This document shows, piece after piece, positions 60,340 through 64,000 of a stretch of DNA of 64,000 nucleotides. A program made the translations under genes and the position numbers. Under the pieces are notes generated by a model. It searched no databases. It had not been told where the DNA came from and was given only the letters and a program-made list of their open reading frames with translations. Location of the stretch: positions 84,441,740 to 84,505,739 of the forward strand of contig NC_083401.1 in NCBI RefSeq assembly GCF_020745735.1, written 5' to 3'. The DNA comes from Hemiscyllium ocellatum. Its lineage: Eukaryota. The number at the start of each line of letters is the position of its first letter. Position 1 is the stretch's first letter.

Positions 60340-62179
60340 GTAAGTATATGATTAAATTGCCACATTGTACCAAGGATTCCAAATTGACTTGAGTTCATTC
60401 CATTCTTTTGCTTTATTTTAAAGGTATATTGAGATCTGTTTATTATGCTGTTGCTGGTAACTTGCATAGTCATACAAGGTGCTTGTTTTTATTTCTACGA
60501 TGTGCTCTTCAGATAAGGCAATTCTTTTGCATTGTTTATAGGTGTTTTTTAAAGGAGTCCTGTTTTTTGTAAATTTTGTTTTGATGAGTTGATCCAGCCT
60601 GTAGACTATGAACCTTCTATAACTGGAAGAGCCAAATTCGCAGTACACTGAATAATCTAGCTATTTTTGTTTGCACTAAAATCTGCTCTTTCAACATGTT
60701 TGTTCCTTGTTTGCTACAGTATATCAGCATTCCAATAATAGGTAGCTGCATTAAGTAGATTAAATGGAGGATTCAAAGCAAGGATTCGGAACACTGCACC
60801 TCTAACAATTAGTGCTGCATGCTAATCATTCTAAGTCACCATTTAAAATTTGTGCTAACAATGAAGGAGAAAATAGGTTGTGCTTTTCTTTATCAAATCA
60901 AACTTAATTTTGAATTCATCAAATATAATCTGAGAAATAAATATTGCGCATCCTGCCAGTATAATTTTAACTCTTAATTTCTTTCAAGCTTCTTTGTTAA
61001 CTGAAGCTTGCATGTTTTCCTCAGCTTTGCAAATCTATTCACAGCTGAACCCCTTCATCATTGGAACCATTATTTTATACTTACATTTGTGTCCTCCCAC
61101 ATCTTAAAGACAGACAGTGCTATTTTTGACTGCCCAAATGACCCTTGTTACATGTCTCTCTCCAACACTTCCTCCTACTATTCACCCAGCACTTTTTCCT
61201 ATTGCATCTTATATCTCCTTCCTTTCATCACACCCACTTCAAAATTCTGATATGTTTTCCACACCTACAGTTCTCTCTTCTCACCCACTGTCACTCTTCT
61301 TTCTCTAGGTAGAACAGCTATACTGTAATTTAGTTTCCTATTGTCAATATTATCTTCAAAAAAACTTCTCTTCGGTGTTCTTGATCATAATGTTGGAATT
61401 GCCTTTGAAGTCTTCAAAGCAATTGCATCTTCTCAAATATTACCACCACTTCCCCTTTTCTGACCTCCAAGTTCCAGGCCCTACATCCATCCCAGGTCTT
61501 TCCAGGATGCAACATCCTTTTTAGTTTTCAATAATTGACTTTTTGTACCCTTAGTCTATCTGCCATTCATTGAATCTGACAGATTTAGGTAAAGCAACCT
61601 GTAATTATGTAGCTTTTGCATTTGAAGCTAGATGTTAAGTTCTTACAATCTCTTAGCATTGCAACAGCTTTTGAGATCAGACTATTAGAGATTTGGAAAC
61701 CAAAGTTATTGTGTCGAAAGATGAAATAGTCATTGGGTTGTTGGATTGTTCACTAGGGTTTGATTTTCACTATGTAGTGACTGTGAGTTGTAACAAACCA
61801 CAGGTATTAGCAAGCAGCACAAAAATATTGACTTTAATGCTAAGACTACAGTTTTAGTGGAAACGACAAAGAAACAACAATAATATTTTATTAGTATTGT
61901 TGAAAATTTTTATTAGAACTGCTGTTAGGTTATAACTCAGAGCAAAAATTTTGTTTTGAAGGCATGGAAAGTACACACAAATTTATGTACTTATGCAAGC
62001 TGCAAAGCAACCAAATTATTAGGTATCTAAGCTAGGATGTGGTTGGCGGATTTGCCTAAATTCAAGAAATTGTCTTTGATCCTTTTTAAATCTTGGAATC
62101 AGCTGAGTTTACCATGAACTATAAATGAATGCAATTTATATTCCAATGAACTATATATTTTGCAAGCATGTAGTTACAT

Positions 62180-62900
62180 ATTTAGAATATTTGCATGGTT
62201 ATTGCACTGAAGATGACCATTGAATTTATTGAATCCACCCAGCCTCTAAGCCAGGTAATTTAGTGAATTCTGCCTGGTCTTTCCCTTAATTGAATCTCCT
62301 CCACCACTCCCTTAGACAGTGTATTCCAAATCATAATTGGTTGTTACATTTAAAAGAAAGCTTATTGTTTTTTTTTGACCAATTGCCTTAAAATTGTGTT
62401 CTCTGACTCATGACCTCTCTAGTAATGGGAGTAGTTTCTCTTTATTTACCCTATTCAGACATCTAACAAGTTACATCTCGAGTTTCCACCCTTTCAGAGG
62501 AACAGTCCCAGCTTCTCAAATCTGTTCTCATAACTGAAGCCCCTCATTTGAGGAACCATCTTTTTCTGTTTATTATATACTTATTCTATGATATGCTTTC
62601 TATACTCTTCATGTCTTTCTTTATTGTGTGATGCCTGTATTGGCCAGGTTGAGGTTGAAATACTGTTTTGTTCTTAACTTCCTTGCACTACTACTCTATG
62701 ACTCTATTTATAAAACCCATAATCCTGCAAATCTTTTAACTGTACTGACAACAAATGTCATCTTCAAAGATTTGTGCATATCCACCTCTTTCCAATGCAT
62801 ATCTTTGCGTTATATCTTGTCTGCCTCTGACTGCACAGCCTACCACCCTATCTATGTCCTCTTGAACTCTATCAGCTCACAATACTTACAAAGTTTTGTC
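62180..62900 (-). mobile_element. Highly decayed LINE
   Basis: gtcgtctgcaaatt (KFADD) at about 62858-62912 region and 3' end remnants. Confidence 0.5.
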
Positions 62901-64000
62901 GTCTGCAAATTTTGTTTTGTAACCTAAGTCTAGGTGATTAATATAAATAATTGGCAGAGGAATATGCAGCTTAGCCTTTTCATTGTACTTCTCTTGAAAA
63001 CAATTATGCACCGAGTAGACTTCATACTTTTCAAGGTCCTGCCTGCTTTAAAATTTGAATAAAGCTTGGCAATTAACTTGCAATTATTATTAACTAGTAC
63101 ATTCTTTATGGCAATACTTCTACCAGAGTTGACTTGCCAACCAATCAGCATTCACACTCAGACAGTGTGAATGTTGTTTTCCCTTTACTTTCATATTTCT
63201 TGTGAATCGTCCTGGTGAGTATAAGGTGAATGCTTCAACCAAGGTGTCCATTTTCAGCAATAATCAAGTTTTATATGACCAAACTACTGTTACATAATAA
63301 AAATGTTTGCTCCTGTATTGTTCTCTTAATGCTGGGTATGATAAATATATCATTTTAAAGGATATGAATCAATGGTGGATAAATAGTAATGAGATACTGA
63401 TTGCATAGATCAAAATGAATAGCAGAACTGGTCTGAGTGACTGAATAGAATATTTACTGTATTCTTGTGTAACTCATTATTAGGAATCAAATTAGTGAGT
63501 TCCTTACTCTGTAGTTTTTTTACACACACAACATGTAACAAAGCAAAAGGTTTAAATGCAAGTATTTTCAGTGATTTGTGAAGTTTTCAACATTTGAGCC
63601 AAGTCTTTGTGAGAAGCAGTGACACTTATCTGAAAGCACGTTTGTGCAAATCTTCTTCCTTATACTTTCCAGAGGTAAAAATAATTCCGTAAATACTCTC
63701 CTTCACAACATATAATAGAGAGTACTCATCAAAATTCTTTATTTCCATTTCTAGATGTATTTTGAAATTAGTTTTTAAAAAAGTATTGTAATTGGCTTTA
63801 TGTCCCCTTGAGTGGTTGGTCTTTGCGTGGACTATTTTGGAAAAGGCTAGCCTAATGAATGTACATTTATTTATTTTGTCTCACTCATGGGTGATTGCTT
63901 TGACCCTTTCTTTCCATACTAATAGTATATTGGGAACATAATGAAGAAGATGATTAAGCTTTTCATGAAATATTTAGGTAAAGTAGATTACCTTTTCTTT

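Noticed and set aside
63157-63173. Iron-responsive element (CAGTGT)
   Set aside because: The 5-bp upper stem flanking CAGUGN does not pair.
63651-63680. Recursive splice site or microexon at ttccagAGgtaaaa (also 61300-61312)
   Set aside because: Weak donors; such motifs are expected by chance in AT-rich introns.
60340-64000. TRAPPC13 SDLSSV microexon and the next exon (TDEVFLEAQIQN)
   Set aside because: No matching sequence with splice sites found by eye; they are absent or lie beyond the window.
1-64000. CRISPR arrays, prokaryotic operons, LTR/ERV coding sequence
   Set aside because: No regular repeat-spacer arrays and no gag/pol/env motifs; the sequence is vertebrate intronic DNA.

Overview
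Eukaryotic, repeat-rich genomic DNA from a cartilaginous fish. The shark assignment rests on HE1/V-SINE, SacSINE1-like DeuSINE and CR1 (HER1-like) LINE content; the species cannot be determined from sequence alone. The window holds the conserved head-to-head locus TRIM23 (exon 1, minus strand) / TRAPPC13 (coding exons 1-7, plus strand, gene continues past the window). The single-exon shieldin gene SHLD3 is nested in TRAPPC13 intron 1 on the same strand. Almost all other ORFs in the track are decayed LINE, SINE or Penelope fragments, or noise. Two signals go beyond the annotation. (1) Minimal hammerhead-ribozyme (HHR) motifs, intact or decayed, sit in at least four distinct Penelope-like element (PLE) families. 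All have a palindromic 4-nt helix III (ACGU or AGCU), which implies dimeric cleavage. Three short fold-back insertions carrying the motif have 14-bp TSDs, and intact-core copies lie in the sense strand of the TRIM23 and TRAPPC13 pre-mRNAs. (2) The splice architecture around SHLD3 would turn the TRAPPC13 start codon into a uORF and puts a donor-like site directly on the SHLD3 stop codon. This suggests coupled or bicistronic TRAPPC13/SHLD3 expression. Protein identities come from recalled human orthologue sequences, not from a database search. Boundaries of old repeats are approximate.
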